A stretch of 64,000 bases of DNA, from contig NW_021835961.1 in assembly GCF_006345805.1 (NCBI RefSeq), positions 19,595 through 83,594 of the forward strand, in the 5' to 3' direction. How positions within the stretch are numbered: the stretch's first letter is position 1; each line of letters begins with the position of its first letter. The notes below the pieces were generated by a model. It saw nothing but the letters and a program-made list of their open reading frames with translations. It did no database searches and had not been told where the DNA came from. Made by a program: the position numbers and the translations under genes. This stretch comes from Octopus sinensis. Its lineage: Eukaryota. Shown here piece after piece: positions 37,455 through 51,737 of the stretch.

Positions 37455-39575
37455 GTTAGTGAGTTTTTATTCTTCATTTGTAATTGTAACATTGTTTTCA
37501 TTTTAGCCCTAGTTCAGTCCTGCTCAAGCAGACCTATGATCAAACAATTCCAGTCATGACCATCCCTTCTAATTTTCAGACAATATATCCAGAATTTCCT
37601 TAGTCAACATGTCCTTATTTTGTTTGGTGGAAACTGACTGTTATTTCTAGCAAAACTAGTAACCATGTAGAAGCACCTTCTGGTTACAGTTGATGTTCAT
37701 CATGTATTTACTTACAGCTTACAGTATTGCTTGACAATGCTTTTAAATATTTCATCTTTACAAAATCATTTCATAATATTATTTCTTCTTTTGTAAGAAA
37801 TCTACAGGAGGAAATATTCAAATCTTGGACACGATGCTTTACTGTATATATTCCAGTGCCTTGTGTTTTTAGTTCAAATGCTTCCAAAATGAACTTTGCC
37901 ATTCATCCTTTTAGGATGTGCCATTCTGGTGGCCAATATGATACTCCCAAAATGTAGTTTATTTATGGTTTCATGCTGAAAAATGTTTTTTTTTTTATTT
38001 TGTTTACTTGTAACTCTTTACATGTTTCAGTCATTTTGACTGTGACCATGCTGGAGCACTGCCTTTAGTTGAGCAAATCGACCCCAGGACTTATTCTTTG
38101 TAAGCCTAGTACTTATTCTATCGGTCTCTTTTGCTGAACTGCTAAGTTACAGGGATGTAAACACACCAGCATCAGTTGTCAGGTGATGTTGGGGGGACAA
38201 ACAAAGAGAGCATGAAAGGCAAAGTTAACCTTTGTAGGTTACCTGAGCTGTATATATATAATCATCATCATCGTTTAACGTCTGCTTTCCATGCTAGCAT
38301 GGGTTGGACAATTTGACTGAAGACTGGCGAACCAGATAGCTGCACCAGGCTCCAATCTGATCTGGCAGAGTTTCTACAGCTGGATACACTTCCTAACGCC
38401 AACCACTCCGAGAGTGTAGTGGGTGCTTTTACATGTCACCGGCATGAGGGCCAGTTAGGTGGTACTGGCAACGGCCGCGCTCAAATGGTGTTTTTTATGT
38501 GCCACCTGCACAGGAGCCAGTCCAGCAGCACTGGCAATGACCTCGCTTGAATGTTTTTTCACGTGCCAGTAAGGCAATGCTGGTATATATATATATATAT
38601 ATATCTTGTTCTCTTTCTGGCTGTCTGTCTTTGTCTAGCTATTCACCCACCTACCTATCTATCCATCCATTTGTTTGTCTTTCTTCCTTCTTTCTACAAA
38701 CACAAAATTAGTAACTCCCAACTCTGATTGCTTATTGAGGAAGAAACAGATTTCAATATTTATTTAACATACACTTTAATGAAGTTAATCACATTCAAGC
38801 CAAATTTTCTTTTGAGACCATTATACTAAGTAGTAATTTTTACCATTTCTTCTTCATTAGGTGGAATCCAACCGTCTCTCAGGAAATCTGTGTGGCCATT
38901 TCTGTTTGGAATGTATCCATGTCAGTCAACTAAAAGGTATGGGAACAATGTGGTTCTTGTAATTTTTTTTTCTTTTTTGTTATTTCGATTCATTTTCTCT
39001 TTCAACAAGTTAGATTATCATCATGATTCTAATGTCCACTTTTCCCTGTGTGTATATGCCAAATGGAATTCATTGAAGCACATTTTCTATGGCCAGATGC
39101 TATTCCTGTCACCAATTCTCATCCGTTTCCAAGGAAGGTAGTATTTCTCCATGACCGGACATGTTTTCATGGAAGACTGGAAATTAATGACACCGTTTGT
39201 AAGTTGATGGCACTTACAGCTGTCACATGATGTCAAAATAAGAAGATACAAACTAAGACACACACACGCACACAAACACATACATGATGGGCTTCCATGC
39301 AGTTTCCATCAATATAAATTCACTCACAAAACATTAAAACATTGGTCGGCACAGGTCTATAATAGAAGATACTTGCCCAAGGTACTGCAATGAAGCCATA
39401 TGACTGCAAAGTAAGCTTTTTAACCACACAGCAGCGTCTATTATATTTATTTTATTATTCTCCTGCCTAGGTGGGTCTGAAAAGGTTATGAACATTGTCC
39501 ATTTTCTTCAGACTAAATAATCAAAGAAATAAAATCAGCCCACATCTCTTTCTTCCTTGCTGCCATCACCACCAC

Positions 39576-39607
<32 letters not shown>

Positions 39608-42600
39608 CCATCATCATTTTGTATCTACTTTTGCTCTATTATTTATTGAGGCAGTATTCTATGGTCAGATGTCCTTCTTGATACCAGCTCTTACTTGTTT
39701 TCAGTTAAGGTACTGTATTCCATGTCACTGCATATTGAACTACCGCCAGACCTTTTGTTTCTGGGAGGTGTAAAGACCATTGTTGCTGCCTAAACAGTGT
39801 CGATAAGAAAAAATGTGGAGAAAAACACCATGCATACAACACATATACACATTGCATACATACATGAAGTGGAGGCGCAATGGCCCAGTGGTTAGGGCAG
39901 CGGACTCGCAGTCGTAGGATCGCAGTTTCGATTCCCAGACCGGGCGTTGTGAGTGTTTATTGAGCGAAAACACCTAAAAGCTCCACGAGGCTCCGGCAGG
40001 GATGGTGGTGATTCCTGCTGTACTCTTTCACCACTCTTTCTCTCACTCTTTCTTCCTGTTTGTGTTGTACCTGTATTTCAAAGGGCCGGCCTTGTCACTC
40101 TCTGTGTCACGCTGCATATCCCCGAGAACTACGTTACGGGTACACATGTCTGTGGAGTGCTCAGCCACTTACACGTTAATTTCACGAGCAGGCTGTTCCG
40201 TTGATCGGATCAACCGGAACCCTCGTCGTTATAACCGACGGAGTGCTTCCACATACATGACATAACACGCAAAACACATGCATACATTATGTGTGTACAT
40301 AGACTTTATGTTTGCTGAATTTTACTCCAAACCATTAAGCTCAAAGCTATGGTAAAACACACCAAAGAAGCCATGCATTAGGACCAGACTTGAGATCATA
40401 TTGTTTCAAAGCAAACTTCTTGATCACAGAGCCATTCTTACACCTATTAATGAATAAAAATGAAAACTACTTTTACTGTATGTTAAGTAATTAATTTGTT
40501 CATTTATTTGTTGCAGAGAACGAGAAATAATTAAGTTGGAGTATGTAATAAAGTACCATGAAATGAAGGCCCACTGTCTCCACGTCCTCAACAAATTGGA
40601 GGCTGCTGCTGCTAAAGCAAATACAGGGGGTAAGTAACAGTTTGTGATGCTATTTCAAATAATGCAGCCAGTCACAACCCCTGCAATATGCAGATGTATA
40701 TGGAGATGATTTTATTATGCTATAACATATTAAATTTTGATCTTGGATTTAAGAATATTGGTTATAAGGCGGCAATCCGTCAGAATCGGTAACACGCCGG
40801 CCCAACTGCATAGTACCATTTCGTCCGTCACTACATTCTGAGTTCAAATTCTGCCGAGGTCAGTTTTACTTTTCATCCTTTCGAGGTCAATAAAATAAAT
40901 ACAAGTTGGGCACTAGGATCGATGTAATTGACTTAATCCCTTCTCTGAAATCGCTGGCCCTGTGCCAAAAATTGAAACCAGTATTATAGGTGCAGGAGTG
41001 ACTGTGTGGTAAGTAGCTTGCATACCAACCACATGGTTCCAGGTTCAGTCGCACTGCATGGCACCTTGGGTAAGTGTCTTCTACTATAGTCTCAGGCCGA
41101 CGGAAACTGAAAGAAGCCCGTCGTATATATGTATATATATATATATATGTATGTGTGTGTATATGTTTGTGTGTTTGTGTTTGTCCCCCACAACATCACT
41201 TGACAACCGATGCTGGTGTGTTTACGTCCCCGTAACTTAGCGGTTTGGCAAAAGAGATCGATAGAATAATAAGTACTAGGCTTACAAAGAATAAGTCCTG
41301 GGGTCGATTTGGTTTGACTAAAGGCGATGCTCCAGCATGACCGCAGTCAAGTGACTGAAACAAATAAAAAAAAATAAATATTGACTGAGATGCAGTTGCT
41401 TGTCTCATTTAGTCAAATGAAGAAGGACAGAGTCTATAAACTATTTCTCAGGGCATCCATAATTGGTGGAACAAAGTTATTTTCAAGCCTGAAATATGAC
41501 CAAAATTGGTGGTGGCGGTGGCGGTGTTGTTGTTGTTAAACAGCTGGGTAAGGGATTAAGTATACAACACAAGAACAGTAACAATCTCTGTGTTAGGCTT
41601 GACAACGATTACACATTTTGAAGGAAAGCATAATTAATTAAACCAGATCTCTGTACTTATCATCATCAACTCCATGACATTAATGCCTTGAGTCCTATAT
41701 ATATCATATGGCTGGTTACCTGGTTTCCTTGATGTATAAGTGACTGAGATCACAACCTCCTTCAATGGGACCCCAGTCCATTGCAGTATCACTCATTTAG
41801 AGCCAAGTGGATTGAAGCAATGTGGAATGAAGTGTTTTGCTTAAGAGTACAATGCACCACCCAGTCCAGGAATTAAAACCATAATCTTGCAATCGTGAGA
41901 GCAACACCCTAACCACTAGGCTACATGCCTTCACTCCTGTACTTAACCAGTACTTTATTTTATTGACAACAGAAAGATGAATGGACATATTGACCAGTGA
42001 GACTACATTGTATTTAACCCTTTAGCATTTTAACAAGCCATATCTGGCCCAAATTTTCTATCTGCTTTATGCCCAAACCAGCTAGAGCTGGCTTTTCATA
42101 TCTATCCTATAATATCATTCTAATGACAAACTATCGCATCACCAAAATCTCAAATTACAAGATAGTGTTTGATTAATTCAAACCATACATTTGACAGACT
42201 AATCTGAATGCTAAAGAGTTAGGTAAATATAGTAGTTTTAGAATTGAGTCTCATTAAATGATAATCAGCTGTTGCAGAAAGTAAACTAATCTAGATTGTT
42301 TTACTAAAATTATATTTTAGATCTAAGCAATGGCTGAAAACATAATCTATATCTGAGCCTTGTTTTTCCTGTGAATCTTCTATGTAATTTAAGAAAGTAA
42401 CTTGTGGCTGGAGTCTGTATGAAGATGCAACTTTTGCTACCCATCACTCCTATTTCTGTAGACAGTCATACATATTGTGAATACTTCGACTTATAGCAAT
42501 TGTGCTGGCCTGTTCCTGTCTGATGAGATTCACGAGGACATGTATAGAGTTCTAAATTTTAAGTGCATTTTTTTAATGTATCAAACTACATCTTTTAATC

Positions 42601-45600
42601 CATGTAATTCACATAGCCTCATAAGGACAGAACCTCTCAGAGGCCTTTAATCCATCATCTTCATTATACATTGACCACATTGCATTGTGAGAGCCCCTAC
42701 ATGGTTGCTCAACTTACTAGAAGTAGCATCCATTTCTTTCTTTTTAAGCCCTCCACTCCCTATCAATCATAGGCCATCGGCAACTTTCTGCTCTGTTCTC
42801 AAATTTAGGGTGTCTTTTCTGCTTCTCTCCAGCTGGATCCCTTATTTTTCAGCTCTGCCTTAGTGTCCTGTCTCCAGCTATTTTAAGAACATTTTCTCTT
42901 CCATCTTCTTTTGGTTTCCCTAAGGGAAAGCCTTCCTTTCCCAGGTCTTGCTAGTTTGGGATTATCATTGATGCTTCTGTAACTTTCCTTTTTCACTAGG
43001 TGGGGGTGTTAGCCCAATGCAAACCCATTTTTACCTCTGGCAAGATGTGGTCCATATCATCCTGGCCTCCATCCTTTGATATGTCCAGTATGGAGAGGTC
43101 CTACCTGGAGCTTGTGCCCCACTAACATAGCTCTCAGTGTCATCAAAGCACACAAGCCATCATGCTGCAACAAGGACTGGACTTGATGGTCATGGTTGGA
43201 ATACCTTTGATCAGTGTTGATCTGTACCTAAAAAAAAATATCAAAATAATCTGGGTGTTATTTTTAAGTATTGTATTATTTGATTTTAAGTAATGACTGA
43301 AATTTTATTTTACTGTAATTTGAGAAACTATTATTGTTTTTAAATCTAATTCCAGATCAGGATATTGATGACAATATTATGTCAGAGGAATTTTATAATG
43401 AAGACAATAGTCCAAATTTAAATTTAGTAAAGTCGCCGTCGTCTGGAGATGAGACCAGTTGGATTACTGTCAATATGGATTCATCAGTTAATTCAAATGA
43501 AACTGTGCGATCAATTTCAAAAACCCCATCTCAAAGTAGTCTTTCAGAAGAAATTTTTACAGATACCAGTAAATTTTATAGCTCTTGTACAGTATGTGGG
43601 CAGCCATTGGACAGTGTAGAGAAAATGTCTTCCTTTGAAGATACATGTTCCGGTAAAGAAAGTTCTGTTGAGCATTTTTGTACTTGTTTTCATTCCTTGT
43701 CTTCTGAAGTTGTGAGTCCTACCAAAGTAGCACAACTGCAATTAAATGGTGTTAGCTCTTTGAGCCCACCTCTAAAAACTCATTTGTTCCATCCTGAACA
43801 TTCTGGACACAAAAAAATTAGTGATGTAATGGAGTATTCTCTAATGGTTAATCAATTTGGTAATGGAAATTTGTCTCAGTTAGGAGGAACGCAGAGTTCT
43901 TCAAAAGACAGTGAATTAAATTTGGAAGATATTGCTGCTGCTGTGGCAGAGGCTGAAGCCAAAAGATTTCAAACTAATGTCTTTAAATCGGATCTTATCA
44001 GTTCTGGTCTCTCTCTTGATTGGAATTCACCAGATGTACAAAAGCAGATCAACTTCATTGATTTTCAAGCACAGGTGAGTAAAGAATTCACTTAATGGTT
44101 CTGTCAATAAATTTTATTTACTGACAGGTACAGGTATGGCTGTGTGGTAAGAAGTTTATTTCTCGGTTACATAGTTTCACGTTCAGTCCCACTGCATGCA
44201 CCTTGGATAAGTGTCTTTTACTATAGCCTTGGGCTGATCAAAGTCTTATGACTGGATTTGGCAGACAGAAACTGAAAAAAGCCCATCAGGTACGTAAGTG
44301 TGTGTGTGTGTGTGTGTGTGTTACTGTTTTCTTGCCTTGACTTTACATGAGAGTCATAAATGAGTGTCATTGTCATGCAGGTAGTGTCTTTCATTTCTAA
44401 TGCTTCAGGAAAACGTTTGGTCATGGGGAATATAACCAGGTGAATGTTAGTGACAGGAAGGGCATCCATCCGTAAAAAAATTTTGCTTCAACATATTCCA
44501 TCTGACCCATGCAGGCATAGAAAATTGGACATTAAGATAATGATGATGATGATGATATAGTTAAATGCTTCTTACTGGAAGTAGAGAATAGTTGTTTTGT
44601 TTAATCCCAACTCAATCTTAATTGAATAGGACTGTGATTGAAGACAAGCATTCAAAGAATGAAACAACTGAGATTTTCTATAGAAATAGCAAAATCTGAA
44701 CTGGTAGAAAACAAGAGCAGAATACAAAATATGCAAACAAGTAAGATTTGTCGCTCTCTGACAGGTTTATGGTTGAGCCTGTGGTAGTGGAGACCTCTGG
44801 TGTCCTTAGCCCCTGAACCATATCCCTGCTCACCACTATTGGGGTGGAGATGGCTATCTGCAAGTGCAAGCCCCTTGAGTCAGAGTGGGTATTCCATTGT
44901 AACTCCCTTACCATCCTCCGGGGCAATGTCTTTTCCATTCTGTCTGTCGGGACCATGAAGCAGTCTGAATTACAGGAAATGGCAAGAATGTAAGAATTTC
45001 GAATCTTATTACGTGAACAATAAAGTTACACTAGCACTTCTCAGAGAAGTAGTGGCTTGGTCTTAGTAAGACAGGTTAGTTGGTTGGTATTGGGTGGGGA
45101 TCAAGTGGGTGTTACTGTTGTTGTTGACCTGGAATGCTTTTGATTGTAGGTGTGTTTGTTTTGATCATAGGATAACTTTCACCTAGGTCTAAGCAGTAAC
45201 CGCAACAATGGCAGCTGATACTTTATCAACCACAAAGGATAAAGGGAAAAGCTGACATCAGTAGAACTGTGAATAGAAAATGTAAAGAGATAATAAGTAC
45301 AATGCATTTCTGGTTGAGTAGACCTATGCTTAAAAACCGCATTCTAACTGTGGCCATCCTGCCTTTAGAGACAATATGTCTCAGATTACCTTCTTTTCTA
45401 CTCTAGGCACAAGGCCCAAAATTTTTGGAGAGGGAGCCAATTGATTAGATCGACCCCAGTATGTAACTGGTACTTAATTTATCGACCCTGAAAGGATGAA
45501 AGGCAAAGTTGACCTTGGCGGAATTTGAACTCAGAACGTAAAGACAGACAAAATACTGCTCAGCATTTCGCCCGGCATGCTAACATTTCTGCTAGCTCCT

Positions 45601-48600
45601 CGTCTGTCTCAGATTATCTTAACCAAAAAGCAAATAAGATAATGGCATGTGATTCAAGAGAGATATGACTGCTATTTTAGCAGGTCAGGAAACCATATAG
45701 AAGCTTTTTTTCTTGTTGATTTATTAGTATTTTCACATATGGTGGCAGTGGTGAAACTTCTGGTGTTACTCAGCAGATAATGATGATAACTGTGATAATG
45801 GTAATAATTGTGCTGACTGCTGTAGTATCAGTTACTCTTTTATGTTTTTTACTGGTTATAGTCATTAGAATATGGCCATGCTGAGGCAATGCTTTCAAGT
45901 GTTTTCTGTCTTCCATATTAACTCCAGTACCTATGTCATTTTTATTTTATTAATCCATTTTTGTATTGAGTGGCTAAGTTAAGCTACCATTGTGATATAG
46001 CATTTGTTTTTTACTATTTTTTTCTCAGTAGTCTCTTATGCTAAACACATGTATACAACCATGGACGCAAACAAACATATTGTTTTTGGTGGCATAAAAA
46101 GATGCACGGATGTTTTAGATGCAGCCCAATATCAGTAGCAAATATCTGGTAGAATATTAATGTCAGGAACAAAATTAGCTTGTGGGAGGTCCAACTTTGC
46201 ATATAAGACCCAAGGGGATCTTTTGAAGCATTTTTTTGGCAAAAAAAAAGAAAGAAAGAAAGAAGTGCGTATTATATGTCATCAAACATGGTACATCCTT
46301 ATTGTCATCATCATTTTATGTCCACATTCCATGTTGACATGAGTTGGATGGTTTGTCACTTCCAAGTGTGTTTTTTTATTTAGACTTATTGCCCTCATCA
46401 ATGGGTTAAGCTTCACATCTTGATCAAAGTGCTGCACAGTAAGATTGACCCCAGAACCATTTCGTTACAAAGAAAACTCCTTAACTGCACAACCATGCCT
46501 AAACTTATATCATCATTAATATTATTATGTGCTGTTGTTTACACAGAATTTGTGTTTGGACTGATTTAATTATGGTTCCTATTTACCACAACTTGTGGTC
46601 AAAGATGAGGAGCATTTTTTAATCTCTGTATAAACTCTGTATAAAAGCTTTTTGTTTCCTCTTCATATCTGTTCTTGGGGACTTTCTGGATAATTCTTGC
46701 AGAACCTAGTCGACATGTTTTCTACACTGCATCTACTCCCATTTTAATATCAAGATTTTAAGATTTGTTTAAAATATTTGTTATTGTTTGCAAGGCTCCA
46801 GTAATTATTGCTATCTTCTCTGTTCCAGCACCTGAGAATTTCATACTTCAAGTTGGTATACTGCTCCACTTTTTGCCTTTCCTTCCTTTTTTACTCTAGT
46901 GTCAAATGGGCATTCTACATCTGTTTGTGATGTATATTTTCTGATCTGTTGTGTTCTTTTCTTCTTTTCTTTTGGATCATATTGGAAAGTCCCACAACAA
47001 CCTCATTTCATCATTTTTGGGTGCTTGCATTTCTATTTCTACAAAATGGTTATAGCTCTTCCCTCTGTATGCAAACCCAAATTTCCTGCAAAAATTCTTG
47101 TGAATTATTGCAGCAATTTTATTACATCGACAGTATATATGTCCATTCCATGCTGTGTGCTACAATTTTCTTTGAATCATTTCTTATTCTACACTGCTAA
47201 TCTATCATCTACGTAATTCAATTTAACCCTAGAACCAGTTCCTGTGCTACTAAGATCATTCCTTCTGACTCTTTCTTCAAAACACCTTTCTTTAGTCAGC
47301 CCGTTTTTTCTTTATCTGTACTGTTTTAAAAAAATGTTGAGTGAAACTTCTTTCAAAGTTTGATTTTCTTTTTCCCACATTTTCTTGTTTTCTCTTTTTG
47401 TGTTCTGCACATTCTGTAAACAGTCTTTTATTTACCATCTTCTTAATGAGTGGTTCTTTCTCTTCTGGATAGCAACTCAGATTTGTCCCATCTAGTTGTG
47501 CTACTTCTTCAACTCTCATTAAACCTCTTCTCTCACTTCATCTCCATCATGCTATATTTGTCTTTTGTATTCAGTCTCACTTAGAAATGGGTTGAGAGGA
47601 AATTATCCCTGAAATGTCAAGCAGAATAGCGAATGTGCACATTGCCTCTTAATAACCTATCATCTGACTGTTGTCCTTTGCCCTGATCCATGTCAGACCA
47701 AATTGGAGCATATACGTTTCTGGTTCTTGTGAAAAGGACATGTTCTACTAGTCAGATGGTCTGGTCCATCTGTTGCTTGTGCCCTCTGGATGGCAGGCTC
47801 AACATGCCATAGTTGCTAATGTGCAAACACATGTTTCAGTTGCACCAATTACAGATTTTCCTGGATGGTGAGCTGATGTGATCTTTGTTAGAAACGCTTT
47901 TCCACAGCTCAGCTCTTTGACGGAGCTACAATCCTGGGTCAAAAAAAGACCAAGATTAGATGTCAGGCACTCACTATTTTCTGCCAGTCAGACAATACTG
48001 TCTGGAAGTTCTGTGGTAGCAATATATAAAGATCTAGTGATAGGTAATAGCAATGACTATCTGGTGTATTTCAGAGAAATTTCAAACCATGTACTATTGT
48101 GGATTACTTCTAGAAATCCTTGGCCTGGCAGTGCTATTAAGGAGCATTGCCAGTTCAAGATAAACTCTGAAGCACTGTCAAGCAGGAATGTCTGAGATGC
48201 ACACACAATGAAGAAACCATTCTGCATGCACTTGTGCAGTATCCGAGTATTGCTGACTTGTGGAATTATGTCAAACAGCTGTTATCATATGTAGGACGAA
48301 TCTGACTATCAGCTGAAGCCATTGTGAGGACCGACCCACCACCACTATTAACAAGGTTGGACAGCTGGTATTCCTCTGTTTAGTGGCTATGTCAAAAGAG
48401 GTTATGTTGTGGACAAGGCTGAAGGATCAAGGAAAAACACCTTCCTCTTCAGTCAAGCTCTCGTTGACATAGTTTTAAGGAAAGTGAGAGTGGAGAGGGA
48501 AGTGCTACCTCCCAATGAATTTGTGGAAAGATGAGTGACTGTGACAACAGTGGTTAGAATGAATGGCCCTGTAGATTGGAGAGCAGGAGAGAGGGCTTGT

Positions 48601-49263
48601 ACCATTGGTAGCCAGGGTAATCCTGGATCTGTGGGGTTCCTTGATTAGCCCTAGTTGGAGTTTCTACTGTATCAGGAAGACTGCATCATTTATGTTATCA
48701 CATACTTTGTATACTCTCTCTTTTCTCTCTTTTCTCTTTTACTTGTTTCGGTCATTTGACTGTGGCCATGCTGGAGCACCGCCTTTAGTCGAGCAGATCG
48801 ACCCGGGACTTATTCTTTGTAAGCCCAGTACTTATTCTATTGGTCTCTTTTGCCGAACCGCTAAGTGACGGGGGACATAAACACACCAGCATCGGTTGTA
48901 AAGCAATGCTAGGGGGACAAACACAGACACACAAACATATACACACACACATACATATATATATACATATATACGACAGGCTTCTTTCAGTTTCCGTCTA
49001 CCAAATCCACTCACAAGGCATTGGTTGGCCCGGGGCTATAGCTGAAGACACTTGCCCAAGATGCCACGCAGTGGGACTGAGCCCAGAACCATGTGGTTGG
49101 TAAGCAAGCTACTTACTACCAGCCACTCATGTATACTTTTATAGTATTCCACTGTCTTTTCCATCTTTCTTCCCATCCTTTGTGTAAATCCTGCACAAAT
49201 TGTTTTCTGTCCTTCAAGTGTCCCTCTCATTTATGTCCCTGTCACTAAATCATCATCATCATT

Positions 49264-49298
<35 letters not shown>

Positions 49299-50045
49299 TA
49301 TTATTATTATTATTAAGGTGGCAAGCTGGCAGAATTGTTAGTGTGCTAGACAAAATGCATAGTAGCATTTTGCCCATTGTTATGTTTTTTTCAGGGTCAA
49401 TAAATTAAGTACCAGTGAAATACTGGGATCGATGTAATGGACTTGTCCCCTCCCTCAAAATTTCAGGCCTTGTGCTTTTAGTAGAAAGGATTATTATTAT
49501 TGTTCTTGAGTGAGAGAGCAGTGCATGCCATCAAAGTGACACTGGGCTAAAATATATGAAACCTGATATACCCATCATGACTAGGGCACACCAGGCACGT
49601 GCAACACAACCATATGCGTGTGGCATAGTGATCTCATATCAAGACAAACAGTGCATGATCTTGCAGGTGGGCCCCAGTTAGAATTTTCTTCAGAAGTAGC
49701 TCATCCCACTCAAAAGGTCCTGGAATAAGGGTTGTTTAAGAATATTGAATGGAACATCCATGTTTCCAGAGGTGAATTATTCAAACCTCAAAGAATTCCT
49801 CTGAACACATGGCTATGATGCTCCTCTACTACTTCTGCTCATGATCAGAGATGCACATATCGTCAGCCACTAAGGGACATGCTCAACTGGTTAAGGTCAA
49901 ACAACTGAGAAGCAAATCTGTGGTACTGAGCAGAATATTTGCTGTAGCCCATCTTTTATACCAAGAGAAAACAGGTACATGATAACACTTCCAATCAGTT
50001 TAGATCAGAAGCTATGAGAGCCAGTGCCTGGTACTGCATCGGGGC

Positions 50046-50081
<36 letters not shown>

Positions 50082-50092
50082 CATTATTATTA

Positions 50093-50126
<34 letters not shown>

Positions 50127-50192
50127 CATTATTATTATTATCATTATTATCATTATCATTATTATCATTATTATTATTATCATTATTATTAT

Positions 50193-50232
<40 letters not shown>

Positions 50233-50276
50233 CATCATCATCATCATCCTTCTTCTTCTTCTTCTTCTTCTTCTTC

Positions 50277-50316
<40 letters not shown>

Positions 50317-50477
50317 TATGTTTGACTTTTGCTTTATATTTGTACAAGTTGGCTCCAAGTCTCACCCAGAGACCTCAAGAGACAACAGGTTGGAAGTTCA
50401 TGTTGTTGTTATGCCTAGTGTGCCATATATTTGGTTTTGTATTTAGTGTTGTACTAGTGTTATTATTATTATTATTA

Positions 50478-50518
<41 letters not shown>

Positions 50519-51706
50519 TCAACAGTTATTATGTGAGTTTTTACTCTACCACCATGTTCTTAAGGCTTTGTTGCCACATTGTCTTCTAACAATGAAGAAC
50601 CATTTGTATTCCAAATCGTATTCATTTACTTGTCCAATTCAGTTTTGTTGTTTTTGTTATTATTTTAATGTTCCACCTGCTGTGTAAAGTATGTGCATTG
50701 TGTCGTGTTATTTTCATGGGTGGCGTTTGTGTTTCATATGTGCGCTTTGACTGGTGTTGAGTTTTAGTGTAGAGTGCATTTGTATAGCATTAATGGGTTG
50801 CATCTGCAAGTTGATAGTGTTGTCATGACAAGTGTCAATTATGTAAGAAAAAAAGGAGTGTGTTGTGTTATTTTATTCACCTTGTAATGTGAAGTTACAC
50901 TCTCAACATTCTCTCTCTCTCTCTTCAGCTGAAGAAGCCATGTAATATCTTCTTCTGCAAGATACTCATTCCTTTCTCTCTATCATACTTACACCTGCTT
51001 CAATACTATATCTAACAAAATTGGGAGGTTTTTGTCTTGTGAGTACTTGTGATCTCATTAGTGCCAGTGTCACAATAAATGCACCCAGACACTCTGATTT
51101 TTACTATGTAATTTTGTTCTGCTATTGTTATTTCATAGTAAGGTATACTAGCCATCTCAATATGGCTAACCACTAAGGTGGGTGTTACTGTAGCTTGTAG
51201 CCCCAGGAGATCATTGTCTCCAGCTGACTTTAGGCACACTTTCTGTGCCCTTATGGTATTTGCAAAGGTTGATGAGGGAGGGATGACCTCCCTTTGCATA
51301 TACCATAAGGGCACAGAAAGTGTGCCTAAAGCCAGCTGGAGACGATGATCTCCTGGGATTACAAGCTACAGTAACACCCACCCTTAGTGGTTAGCCATAC
51401 TGAGATGGCTAGTATACCTTACATTGTCGTGCAGTTACTGTTTACATCTCGTTCAGAGATTTATTATTTATTTCATAGTAGTTTTCTATTTATCTCGACC
51501 CTTACTCTTTCACTTGTTTCAGTCATTTGACTGTGGCCATGCTGGAGCACTGCCTTTAGTCAAACAAATCGACCCCAGGACTTATTCTTTGTAAGCCTAG
51601 TACTCATTTTATCAGTCTCTTTTGCCGAACCACTAAGTTACGGGGGATGTAAACACACCAGTATCGGTTGTCAAGCGATGTTGGGGGGACAAACACAGAC
51701 ACACAA

Positions 51707-51737
<31 letters not shown>

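Noticed and set aside
39869-39940. tRNA-like sequences (also 10590, 57979 and family A/D heads)
   Set aside because: They have A and B boxes but continue into SINE bodies and lack a full cloverleaf; these are SINE heads, not tRNA genes.
44690-44990. Possible LINE fragment (ORF 44678-44956)
   Set aside because: Only a vague resemblance to Tx1 ORF2; not supportable.
49995-50687. Poly-I/N/L/Y ORFs
   Set aside because: (ATT)n compound microsatellite.
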